Shown here: positions 8,242-16,228 of the stretch, piece after piece | Layout of the letters: the number at the start of each line of letters is the position of its first letter | Position numbering within the stretch: position 1 is the stretch's first letter | Source: Candidatus Eiseniibacteriota bacterium | Lineage (GTDB): Bacteria; Eisenbacteria; RBG-16-71-46; DASYSL01 | Reading direction: 5' to 3' | NCBI GenBank assembly: GCA_031431875.1 | Contig: JANPEF010000080.1 | Span: 1-16,756 of the forward strand | Length of the DNA: 16,756 nt | Translations under genes and position numbers: made by a program | The notes under the pieces: model-generated | Told to the model about the DNA's origin: nothing | Database searches by the model: none | What the model saw: only the letters and a program-made list of their open reading frames with translations

Positions 8242-10089
8242 TTAGCGGAACAAAGTGCCCCAGCGCGCATCGACCCGGCGGATGATCTCTTCGGGCATGA
8301 CCACGGGTTCGGGGTAGCCGGTCTTCCACGTCGCGTCGATCGCCATCATCCCGCGGTGGGTGGGCCAGGCGCCGCGCAACGCGCTCTCGGCGAAGAACAC
8401 GTCGCGCGCCGCGTCGAAGCGCGTGAAGATTCCCCACAGCAGGATCATCGGATCGTCGAGGTCGACGTCCTCACTCACCGCGGCGGCGATCTTCAGCCCG
8501 GCGAACACCGGCTCGGCGAGCACGGCCTCGAGCGCGGGGCGGCCGTGTTCCTCGGAGCGCACCTGGATGGCCAGCAGCGTGTCCTCGATCACGCGCACGT
8601 CGCGCACGCCGGGGAGACGGCCCGCCAACTCGCGCGCGGCCACGTCGCGCCGGGCGCGCGCCTGTTCGCTGCGCTCGGCGTCGAGCTCGCGGGTGCGCGA
8701 GGTCGAGGCGGCGGGGGGGCGCGCGTCGCCCGGGCCCACGCCGCGGCGGCCCAGCGCATCGAGCACCATCTTCGAGCCCAGGTTCATGCGCATCGAGGTG
8801 AAGTCGAGCGTGTCGAGGGGCACGCCCGGCAGGAGCAGGAAATCCTCGACCGGGTCGAAGTGATCGCGGATGGCGCCGAACACGGCGCGCCAGTCGGTGA
8901 CGTCGACGCCCTCGTCGACCAGCACGACGCACTTGGTGAGCGACAGCTGGCCGGTGCCGAGCAGGCCCAGGGCCGAGCGCATCCCTTCCTTTGCGTAGCG
9001 CTCCTCGACCGCGACGGCCATCAGGTTGTGGAAGCCGGCCTCGAAGAACGCGTGCACCGCCTTCACTTCCTTGTGGATGATCCGCACCAGCGGCCCGATC
9101 ATCTCGCCCACGCCCTCGCCGATCGCCTTGTCCTCCTGCGGCGGCTTCCCGACGAACGACGCGTAGTAGACCGCGTTCTTCCGCCGCGTGATCGCCTGCA
9201 CGTGGAACACCGGGAACGGTGCGGCGTGCGAGTAGTGGCCGAAGTGGTCGCCGAACGGGCCCTCGGTGCGCCGCTCGTGCGGAGGGACGACGCCCTCGAG
9301 AACGATTTCGGCCTCGGCCGGCGACCACGCGCCGTCGACGGTGGTGGCGCGCGCCAGCGGCGTCGGCGCGCCACGCAGGAACGCGGCGAACGCGAGCTCG
9401 TCGATGCCCTCGGGCAGCGGCGCCACGGCCGACAGCATGAGCGCGGGATCGGCGCCCAGGGCGACCGTGACCGGCAGCGGCAGGCCGCGCTTCTCGGCCT
9501 CGTGGTGATGGAAGCCGCCGCCCTTCTGGATCTGCCAGTGCATGCCGGTCGTCTTCGCGTCGAACTGGTGCAGGCGGTAGAGCCCGAGGTTGCGGCCACC
9601 GGTCGAAGGATCGTGGGTGAGCACCATGGGCCAGGTGAAGAAGCGCCCGCCGTCGCCGGGCCAGCACTTGAGCACGGGCAGGCGATACAGGTCGAGCGGC
9701 TCGGTCACCTGCTGGCTCGCGCCCGAGCCGGCTCCGCTCTTCGTCACGCGGGCCTGGAGGGCACGCCCGATCGTCCCGCGCGAGGCCCACACGGCCGACG
9801 GGGTCGGCGGCTTCATGCGCTCGAGGAAGGTGACCAGCTCCTCGCCCACGCTCGCGGGCTCGCGCCCGAGTGCCCGCTCGATGCGGCGCCGCGTGGCCAG
9901 GGCGTTCATGGCGACGGGGATCGCCGAGCCTTTGACGTTGGTGAACAGGAGCGCGGGTTTCTCCTCGCGGACGGCGCGCTGGGCGATCTCGCCGAGTTCG
10001 TACTCGGGATCGACCTCCGCGTCGATGACACGCAGGTCACCGTCGGCGCGGAGCGCGTCGAGGAATTGGCCGAGATTGCGGAAGGGCAT
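8242..10089 (-). CDS. ubiD: UbiD-family prFMN-dependent decarboxylase, menaquinone biosynthesis (MqnL-type, long form)
   Basis: ATG 10089, 1 nt after the ubiX stop; 615 aa. LPVLKCWPGDGGRF, RNLGLYR, MHWQ, AEAEIVLEG, EGPFGDHFGHY (E-x4-D catalytic motif), VGKPPQED, GTGQLSLTKC, DTLDF, and a C-terminal extension ending MAIDATWK. Confidence 0.93.
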   Translation of the reverse strand: MPFRNLGQFLDALRADGDLRVIDAEVDPEYELGEIAQRAVREEKPALLFTNVKGSAIPVAMNALATRRRIERALGREPASVGEELVTFLERMKPPTPSAVWASRGTIGRALQARVTKSGAGSGASQQVTEPLDLYRLPVLKCWPGDGGRFFTWPMVLTHDPSTGGRNLGLYRLHQFDAKTTGMHWQIQKGGGFHHHEAEKRGLPLPVTVALGADPALMLSAVAPLPEGIDELAFAAFLRGAPTPLARATTVDGAWSPAEAEIVLEGVVPPHERRTEGPFGDHFGHYSHAAPFPVFHVQAITRRKNAVYYASFVGKPPQEDKAIGEGVGEMIGPLVRIIHKEVKAVHAFFEAGFHNLMAVAVEERYAKEGMRSALGLLGTGQLSLTKCVVLVDEGVDVTDWRAVFGAIRDHFDPVEDFLLLPGVPLDTLDFTSMRMNLGSKMVLDALGRRGVGPGDARPPAASTSRTRELDAERSEQARARRDVAARELAGRLPGVRDVRVIEDTLLAIQVRSEEHGRPALEAVLAEPVFAGLKIAAAVSEDVDLDDPMILLWGIFTRFDAARDVFFAESALRGAWPTHRGMMAIDATWKTGYPEPVVMPEEIIRRVDARWGTLFR

Positions 10090-10090
10090 G

Positions 10091-10687
10091 CTACTCGAGG
10101 TCCGCTTCACGCCAGCCGCCCGGCACGTCGACGCCGACCAGGCGCAGGAGCTTGTTGGTCGTCCCGCGCACCAGCTCGTCCAGCGTCTTCGGGTTCGCGT
10201 AGAACGGCGGCGACAGCGGGAACACGATCGCGCCGGCGAGCGACAACTTGTGCAGCGCCTCGAGAGTGATCGTCGACAGCGGCGTCTCGCGGATGCCGAT
10301 GATGAGCGGCATGCGCTCCTTCATCGCCACCATCGCCGCGCGGGTGATCAGGGTGTCGGCGATGCCGGCGGCGATCTTGCCCACCGTCGAGGCGCTGGCC
10401 GGCAGGATCAGGCACGCGTCGTGGCGGATCGAGCCCGAGGCGAACGGCGCCGACAGGTCGTGATCGGGATGCACCGACTTCGCGAGCGCGTCGAGGTCCT
10501 TGTCGGACAGGCCGGTCTCGGTGTGGATGACCATGCGGGCCCACTTCGAGACGACGAGGTGTGCCTCGCCGGGGAAGGCGCGCAGGAAGTCGACGCCATA
10601 CACGGCGCCGGAGGCGCCGGTCATGCCGACGAGGACGCGAGGGGGGCGGGGCACGGCTGCGGAGGGCAGGGGGTCGGTGGGGCTCAC
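10091..10687 (-). CDS. ubiX: UbiX-family flavin prenyltransferase
   Basis: VLVGMTGASGAVYG, APFASGS, IAAGIADTLITRAA, KERMPL, RETPLS, PPFYANPKT; directly upstream of ubiD. Confidence 0.93.
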   Translation of the reverse strand: MSPTDPLPSAAVPRPPRVLVGMTGASGAVYGVDFLRAFPGEAHLVVSKWARMVIHTETGLSDKDLDALAKSVHPDHDLSAPFASGSIRHDACLILPASASTVGKIAAGIADTLITRAAMVAMKERMPLIIGIRETPLSTITLEALHKLSLAGAIVFPLSPPFYANPKTLDELVRGTTNKLLRLVGVDVPGGWREADLE

Positions 10688-10693
10688 GTCGGC

Positions 10694-10702
10694 AGCCTAG
10701 CA
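10694..10702 (-). promoter_or_regulatory. Putative extended -10 (TG-C-TAGGCT) giving a leaderless ubiX-ubiD transcript
   Basis: TGCTAGGCT followed by 6 nt (gccgac) and then the GTG start; no SD in between. Confidence 0.5.
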
Positions 10703-10727
10703 GTTGGGGAGCCGGGCCAGAAGGGCC

Positions 10728-10747
10728 GCCTCCACGGTTGCCTCCAC
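10728..10747 (+). repeat. Direct repeat GCCTCCAC-N4-GCCTCCAC in the divergent ubiX/DUF3943 spacer
   Basis: Two exact 8-mers at 10728-10735 and 10740-10747 (12-bp period), about 30 nt upstream of a TAGGTT hexamer at 10778-10783. Confidence 0.45.
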
Positions 10748-10820
10748 AGCGGGCTGGACGTCCCGGCGGTGGTGGCCTAGGTTGGACGCTCCCTCCGAAC
10801 ACGGGCTTGCGGGAGATCGA

Positions 10821-12263
10821 ATGCTTGCTCCGCTGATCGTGCTCGCCGTGCTGTCCGGTCTCGACGTGGCTGCGGCTTCGGCCGATTCCGCGGCGGATTC
10901 GCTCGTCGTTCCACCGCCCCCGGCGGCCGTCGCACACGATGCGGTGGAGGCGCCGTGCTTCGACTGCACGATCCCCACGAACTTCAAGCGGGGCGCGGCC
11001 GAGCTCCTGGCCGTCCAGCTCATTCCCTGGAGCGTCAACCGGTTCGGCCGCGATGCCGAGTGGGCGTACATCAGCCCGGAATCGTGGCTGCGGAATCTCG
11101 AGAACCCGTGGAAGTGGGACAACAACGCGTTCGTCAACAACCAGATCTCGCATCCGTACCACGGCAGCCTCTACTACAACGCCGGGCGCTCCAACGGGTA
11201 CTCGTTCTGGCAATCCGCAGCGTGGTCCTTCGGCGGCAGCCTGACCTGGGAGTACTTCGCCGAGGTCTGGGCTCCGGCTCCCAACGACCTGCTCAATACC
11301 GGGCTGGGCGGGATCACGATCGGCGAGTCGTTGTGGCGGCTCTCGTCGCTCACGCTCGACGACACGAGCACCGGGTTCGAGCGCGGGCTGCGCGAGGGGC
11401 TGGCGACGGTCATCAATCCCGTGCGGGGGCTCAACCGGCTGCTCGACGGCAAGATGAACGACGTCGGTCCCAACCCGCCCGACTGGCGGCCCAGCAAGTG
11501 GCGCTGGTCGCTCGACGCCGGCTACCGCAACACGACGGACCGGATCACGGGGGAGCCGGACCAGGGCGGGCAGCAGTTCATCGCCGAGGCCGAACTCGAC
11601 TTCGGCGACTCCGTCGATGACCTCGGGAAGTCGCCGTTCAGCTTCATCGAGTTCTTCATCGGGCTCGGCGAGCCGGTCGGCGACGCCGGAATCCTGCAGG
11701 ACTTTCGCATCCGCGGGAACCTCGACGCCTCCACGCTGCACGAGACGGAAGGCGCGGTGCACCGGCTCGGTGGCTACATGACCTACGACTACTACGCGCA
11801 GCCGGCGTTCGAGTATGGCGCGCAGGGATTCCAGGGCGGCCTCATCTCGCGCTTCGGCGATCGCGTGGGACTGCGCCTGCACACCGAGGTCCTCGGGATC
11901 GTCCAGCCGATCGCGGCGTTGCAGTCCGACTACTTCCTGTCGCTCGAGGGCCGGGACTACGACTATGGCCTTGGCTTCGGCGGCAAGTTGCTCGCCCGCG
12001 TCACGCAGCAGGGGTTCGGATTCGTCGAGGTCGCGGGCACGTATGTATGGACGCCCATCGTGAGCGGGTTCAACGGCAGCCACAACCAGTTGCAGGGCGG
12101 GATCGAGGGGAAGACCTATCCCATCGCGGGCGTGGCGGGCGTGGGTGGGTCCCTCACCTGGTTTCATCGCGAGAGCAACTACGAGTTCTTCCCTGACGTC
12201 AGGACGGACGACTTCCAGGGGCGCATCTTCGTCAACTTCTCGGCCCCGCGGTGGAGCCGATGA
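10821..12263 (+). CDS. DUF3943-domain protein, predicted exported/outer-membrane
   Basis: ATG 10821 after GGGAGA; signal peptide MLAPLIVLAVLSGLDVAAASA. Core WKWDNNAFVNNQISHPYHGSLYYNAGRSNGYSFWQS...GSLTWEYFAE...PAPNDLLNTGLGGITIGE resembles DUF3943. C-terminal half has alternating beta-strand pattern; 480 aa. Confidence 0.8.
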   Translation: MLAPLIVLAVLSGLDVAAASADSAADSLVVPPPPAAVAHDAVEAPCFDCTIPTNFKRGAAELLAVQLIPWSVNRFGRDAEWAYISPESWLRNLENPWKWDNNAFVNNQISHPYHGSLYYNAGRSNGYSFWQSAAWSFGGSLTWEYFAEVWAPAPNDLLNTGLGGITIGESLWRLSSLTLDDTSTGFERGLREGLATVINPVRGLNRLLDGKMNDVGPNPPDWRPSKWRWSLDAGYRNTTDRITGEPDQGGQQFIAEAELDFGDSVDDLGKSPFSFIEFFIGLGEPVGDAGILQDFRIRGNLDASTLHETEGAVHRLGGYMTYDYYAQPAFEYGAQGFQGGLISRFGDRVGLRLHTEVLGIVQPIAALQSDYFLSLEGRDYDYGLGFGGKLLARVTQQGFGFVEVAGTYVWTPIVSGFNGSHNQLQGGIEGKTYPIAGVAGVGGSLTWFHRESNYEFFPDVRTDDFQGRIFVNFSAPRWSR

Positions 12264-12682
12264 CCGGCCGCCCGCACGTCGTCCGCGGCCTCGCCCTGGG
12301 ACTCGTGACAGTTCTGGTCCTCGGCTGCGAGGACTCGATCATCAAGATGATCGGGCCCGCGAACAACGAAACCGTCACGACGATCGACGGCGTGTTTCGC
12401 TACCAATCAGGCGATCTCGACAACGTCACCGACCAGCGGCAGTTCACCTGGGTGAACACGTCGCCGCGAGCCACGGTGAAGCACCGGAGCTTCGTTCACC
12501 ACGGCTCGGTCCTGATCCTCGTGCACGACCAGGCCGGCACGCTCGTGGACTCGACCTTCGCGGAGTGGGAGCTCGACGCGCCGACGGACACCGGCGTGCC
12601 GGGTGTGTGGACGGTCGACTTCCGCTACTTCGGAGCTCGCGGACGCGTCGACACGATCCTCGAGCCGCTGGCCGCGCCCTGA
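12260..12682 (+). CDS. Hypothetical lipoprotein (140 aa)
   Basis: ATG overlaps upstream stop (ATGA); signal MTGRPHVVRGLALGLVTVLVLG-C with lipobox-like VLGC; beta-rich mature domain. Confidence 0.75.
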   Translation: MTGRPHVVRGLALGLVTVLVLGCEDSIIKMIGPANNETVTTIDGVFRYQSGDLDNVTDQRQFTWVNTSPRATVKHRSFVHHGSVLILVHDQAGTLVDSTFAEWELDAPTDTGVPGVWTVDFRYFGARGRVDTILEPLAAP

Positions 12683-12701
12683 CGAGTCGCCGCGGCCCGG
12701 C

Positions 12702-13589
12702 TCAGAACGGCCAGCCCTGCCCGGCCAGCACGACCGCCAGCACGACGAAGCCGAGCCCGGCGTTGATGCGGAAGAACGCGAGGTCGACGTGCTTCGCGCT
12801 GGCCTGCTGCCAGGCGAGCCCACCGGCGACCGGGGCCAGCGCCAGAGCCACCCACGGCGTGGGCCAGCGCGACCACGCCCACGCGACCAGGACCGCGAAC
12901 CCGGCGACATGCACCAGGCGGGAGACGACGAGCGCCCGGGCCGAGCCCAGCGCCGCCGGCAGCGAGTGCACGCCGTGCGCGCGATCGAACGCCTCGTCGA
13001 GCGTCGCGTAGATGATGTCGAAGCCGGCGACCCACGCGAGCGTGAACAGCGCCAGCGGGCCGGTGTCGCGGAATGCCGCAGCCAGGTCCGGGGTGACCGC
13101 GACGTAGCCGCCGATCGGCGAGAGCGCGAGTGCCGCGCCCACGCCGAAGTGGCACAGCGGCGTGAAGCGCTTGAGCAGGGGGTAGAGCGCAAATACCGCG
13201 AGCGGGATCGGCGACAGCGCGAGGCACAGAGGGTTGAGCGCCGCCGCGGCCGCGAGGTAGACGGCGGTGCCCGCGAGCGCCAGCCCCACGCCTTCGCGCA
13301 CGCTCATCCGGCCCGATGGCAGCTCGCGCACGCGCGTGCGCGGATTCCGCGCGTCGATCGCGCGATCGAGCAGGCGATTGAGCGCCAGCGCCGCCGTGCG
13401 CGCCCCGGTGCCCGCGAGCGCGATCCACAGCAGCGTGAGCGGGGCGACCCCGTGCGGCGAGGCGATCCACGCCCCGGCTAGGATGAGCGGCAGCGAGAAG
13501 AGCGCATGCTCGATCTTGACGAAGCTGGCGTAGGCGCGCGCGCGCTCGCCGGGCGTCACGACGGGTGCCGCGGGGGCGGGATCGCTCAT
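12702..13589 (-). CDS. ubiA: UbiA-family prenyltransferase (MqnP-type)
   Basis: FVKIEHALFSLP, GARTAALALNRLLDRAIDARNPRT..RELPSG, YPLLKRFT..CHFGVG, WVAGFDIIYATLDEAFDR..GVHSLPA; many hydrophobic helices. Start taken as ATG 13589 (MSDPAP); 295 aa. Confidence 0.92.
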   Translation of the reverse strand: MSDPAPAAPVVTPGERARAYASFVKIEHALFSLPLILAGAWIASPHGVAPLTLLWIALAGTGARTAALALNRLLDRAIDARNPRTRVRELPSGRMSVREGVGLALAGTAVYLAAAAALNPLCLALSPIPLAVFALYPLLKRFTPLCHFGVGAALALSPIGGYVAVTPDLAAAFRDTGPLALFTLAWVAGFDIIYATLDEAFDRAHGVHSLPAALGSARALVVSRLVHVAGFAVLVAWAWSRWPTPWVALALAPVAGGLAWQQASAKHVDLAFFRINAGLGFVVLAVVLAGQGWPF

Positions 13590-13596
13590 GCCGCGC

Positions 13597-13602
13597 AGGG
13601 TA
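13597..13602 (-). promoter_or_regulatory. Putative -10 (TACCCT) for a leaderless ubiA/mqnP transcript
   Basis: TAnnnT 7 nt before the ATG at 13589, no SD. Confidence 0.45.
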
Positions 13603-13615
13603 GCCGATGCAGGGC

Positions 13616-13644
13616 TTGCCCGCGAGGCCCGGGCGCGGTATTCC
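13616..13644 (+). promoter_or_regulatory. Putative sigma70 promoter TTGCCC-N17-TATTCC for leaderless mscS
   Basis: -35-like at 13616-13621, exact 17-nt spacer, -10-like at 13639-13644 (lacks final T), ATG 6 nt later, no SD. Confidence 0.45.
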
Positions 13645-13650
13645 TCCTCC

Positions 13651-14721
13651 ATGCCCTTCGAAAGCGATCACTACACATGGATCTCGGCCGCGATCGACAG
13701 CGGGATCGTCGCCGCCGCATTCCTCCTCACCTGGGGCCTCTCCCGGCTCATCGCCCGGGCGCTCTATCGCCTGACACGGGGCACGGGGAATGACTTCGAC
13801 GATCTCGTGGTCGAACGGGTGGCCCGGCTCGTTCCGTGGTTCGCGGCCGCCGTTGCCGCCTTCATCACCATCCGGATCGGTCCGCAGACCCCTGCCCTCG
13901 TGGGGGCGGTCGATACCGGGATCCGAATCGTGCTCATCGTGCGCTCGACCTTCGTGATCGCCACGCTGCTCGCCGGCATGCTCGAGAAGCGCGTCCTCCC
14001 GCTCGGCGGCGTAGGCGCGACGACGCTGACCCGGAATCTCGTCTTCTGGGCGGTCATCGCCGCGGGCTCGGTCGTCGCGCTCTCGCAGCTCGGCGTCGAG
14101 ATCACGCCGGTGCTGGCCGCGCTGGGGGTCGGATCGCTGGCCGTGGGCCTCGCGCTCCAGCCGACGCTCACCAACGTGTTCGCCGGGTTCAACCTGTCGC
14201 TCGGGCAGCGGCTCCGCGTCGGGGACCTGGTGCGGCTCGAGAGCGGGCAGGAAGGGGAGATCGTCGACATCGGCTGGCGCTCGACCGAAATCCGTGCCGT
14301 CACCGACAACGTGATCCTCGTGCCCAACGTCAAGATGTCGGAACTCATCGTCACCAACTTCTCGTTTCCGCTCTCCGAGCTCGCCGTGCCGATCGAGTTC
14401 GGGGTCGCCTACAAGTCGGACCTCGCCCACGTCGAGCGCGTGCTGCTCGAAGTCGCCCGCGAAGTGCTGGCGTGCGTGCCCGGCGCGGTGGCCGGGTTCG
14501 AGCCGGTCGTGCGATTCAAGGGGTTCGGCGAGTCGGCGATCCCGGTGACCTGTGTGCTCCGCGCGCACACCTACACCGATCGCGTCGTGCTCGTCGACGC
14601 GTTCGTGCGCCGCGTCCACGTGCGCTTTGCCCAAGAGGGGATCGAGATTCCGTACCCGCAGAGGGTCGTGCGGCACCTGGGCGGGAGTGGACCGGTCGTC
14701 ATGCCCGGAGCCGACGGATGA
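13651..14721 (+). CDS. mscS: Small-conductance mechanosensitive channel family protein
   Basis: ITPVLAALGVGSLAVGLALQPTLTNVFAG, LRVGDLVRL, GEIVDIGWRSTEIR, ILVPN, VTNFS, FGVAYKSDL, FGESAI, EGIEIPYPQR; start set at ATG 13651; 356 aa. Confidence 0.93.
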   Translation: MPFESDHYTWISAAIDSGIVAAAFLLTWGLSRLIARALYRLTRGTGNDFDDLVVERVARLVPWFAAAVAAFITIRIGPQTPALVGAVDTGIRIVLIVRSTFVIATLLAGMLEKRVLPLGGVGATTLTRNLVFWAVIAAGSVVALSQLGVEITPVLAALGVGSLAVGLALQPTLTNVFAGFNLSLGQRLRVGDLVRLESGQEGEIVDIGWRSTEIRAVTDNVILVPNVKMSELIVTNFSFPLSELAVPIEFGVAYKSDLAHVERVLLEVAREVLACVPGAVAGFEPVVRFKGFGESAIPVTCVLRAHTYTDRVVLVDAFVRRVHVRFAQEGIEIPYPQRVVRHLGGSGPVVMPGADG

Positions 14722-16196
14722 GCGGCGGTCGCGTTGCCGCATGCGTCCTGGCGGTCGTCGCCATCGCCGGCATGCTCGCGCCGATCGCCGCCCACGCCGG
14801 CGACTGGCGGAAGAACGTGACGCTCCTGTTCAGCGACCGCCTGCGCTACGAGTCGGTCGACTGGTTCGAGCCGGCCCCTGGCGACTACGCCGATGGCGCC
14901 GCCCGCTACGACTACTTCGGCAACCAGTTCCGCTTCGGCGCGCGGATCACGCTGCCCAACGTGCAGCTCGTGGTCGAGGGCCAGGACACGCGCGTCCTGG
15001 GCCTGCCCGACGACGCGACGCGCGCCGCCGCGCCCGGCAACCTGGGCCCGGGCGCGACCTACTACCAGTACACGCCCGAAATCAGCCAGGGCGAGACGTT
15101 CGTCAAGCAGGCGTACGCCACCGCGCGTTTCGGCGGGTTCAACGCGACGCTCGGCCGCTTCGAGTGGGGCGAGGGCGTCGAGACCCTGCCGGGGGACGCC
15201 GATCTCCTGTGGCTCAAGCGCGCGCGCATCACCGAGCGCCTGATCGGACCGTTCGGCTACACCCATGTCGGGCGCTCGCTCGACGGCGTCCGGCTGTGGT
15301 TCGACCGGCCGGGCTGGAACGTGAGCGCACTCGCCGTGAACCCCACGGCCGGCGGATTCGAGGTGAGCGCCGGCGAGGAGATGGACGAGGTCGCGATCCT
15401 CGGCTTGAGCGCGGGCACGAAGCGCCTGCCGTGGAGCGCGCCGGGCGACGGCCGCGCGTTCTGGTTCCATTTCGAGGACGAGCGTGTCGAGGACGGCCGC
15501 CCGGTGCGCGTCGACAACCGCGCGCTCGCGGCGCGCCAGGCCGACAGCACGGCGATCGCCCTCGACACGTTCGGCGGCCACGCCGCAACGGTGGTGGACG
15601 CGGGCCCGGGGCGCATCGACGCGATGCTGTGGGCCGCCTGGCAGGGTGGCGAGTGGGGCGCGCAAGCGCACTCGGCCCATGCCTACGCGATCGAAGCCGG
15701 ATACCAGTGGCCACGGTGGTGGGGGAGCCCCTGGCTGCGCGCGGGCGTGAACGTCGCTTCGGGCGACGGCGATGCGAGCGACGGCACGCACGGCACGTTC
15801 GTCCCGCTGATCCCCACGCCGCGCATCTACGCGCTCACGCCGTTCTACACCGCGATGAACCTCGACGACCGCTTCGTGCAACTGATCCTCAAGCCGCACC
15901 CGCAGGTCACCGTGCGCGCCGACTACCACGACCTGGACCTCGCCGAGTCGCGCGACCTGTGGTACTCGGGCGGCGGCGCGATCCGCAGTGATCTCTTCGG
16001 CTACGGCGGGCTCCCGTCGTCCGGCAGCAGCGACCTCGCGCGCCTCGTCGACGTGGGCGTCACGTACGTGCCGATCCGGCAGGTGTCGCTCTATGGGTAC
16101 TACGGGCGGGTGCTGGGCGGCGAGGTGATCGCCGGGACGTTCCCGTGGGGCGAGAACGCGAACTACGGTTATCTCGAGGCGACGTACCGCTGGTAG
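14718..16196 (+). CDS. Alginate-export (AlgE-like) family outer-membrane beta-barrel protein
   Basis: C-terminal part of ORF 13836..16196; ATG 14718 overlaps the mscS stop (ATGA). Signal peptide ending AHA-G; RLRYE, QDTR, FVKQAY, LGRFE, ERLIG, RSLDGVR, EAGYQW...PWLRAG...ASGD....DG..GTF, NLDD; terminal YLEATYRW beta-signal; 492 aa. Confidence 0.78.
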   Translation: MSGGRVAACVLAVVAIAGMLAPIAAHAGDWRKNVTLLFSDRLRYESVDWFEPAPGDYADGAARYDYFGNQFRFGARITLPNVQLVVEGQDTRVLGLPDDATRAAAPGNLGPGATYYQYTPEISQGETFVKQAYATARFGGFNATLGRFEWGEGVETLPGDADLLWLKRARITERLIGPFGYTHVGRSLDGVRLWFDRPGWNVSALAVNPTAGGFEVSAGEEMDEVAILGLSAGTKRLPWSAPGDGRAFWFHFEDERVEDGRPVRVDNRALAARQADSTAIALDTFGGHAATVVDAGPGRIDAMLWAAWQGGEWGAQAHSAHAYAIEAGYQWPRWWGSPWLRAGVNVASGDGDASDGTHGTFVPLIPTPRIYALTPFYTAMNLDDRFVQLILKPHPQVTVRADYHDLDLAESRDLWYSGGGAIRSDLFGYGGLPSSGSSDLARLVDVGVTYVPIRQVSLYGYYGRVLGGEVIAGTFPWGENANYGYLEATYRW

Positions 16197-16228
16197 GTCG
16201 TGTGGGCGAATCGGTGTGAAGCGGGCTC

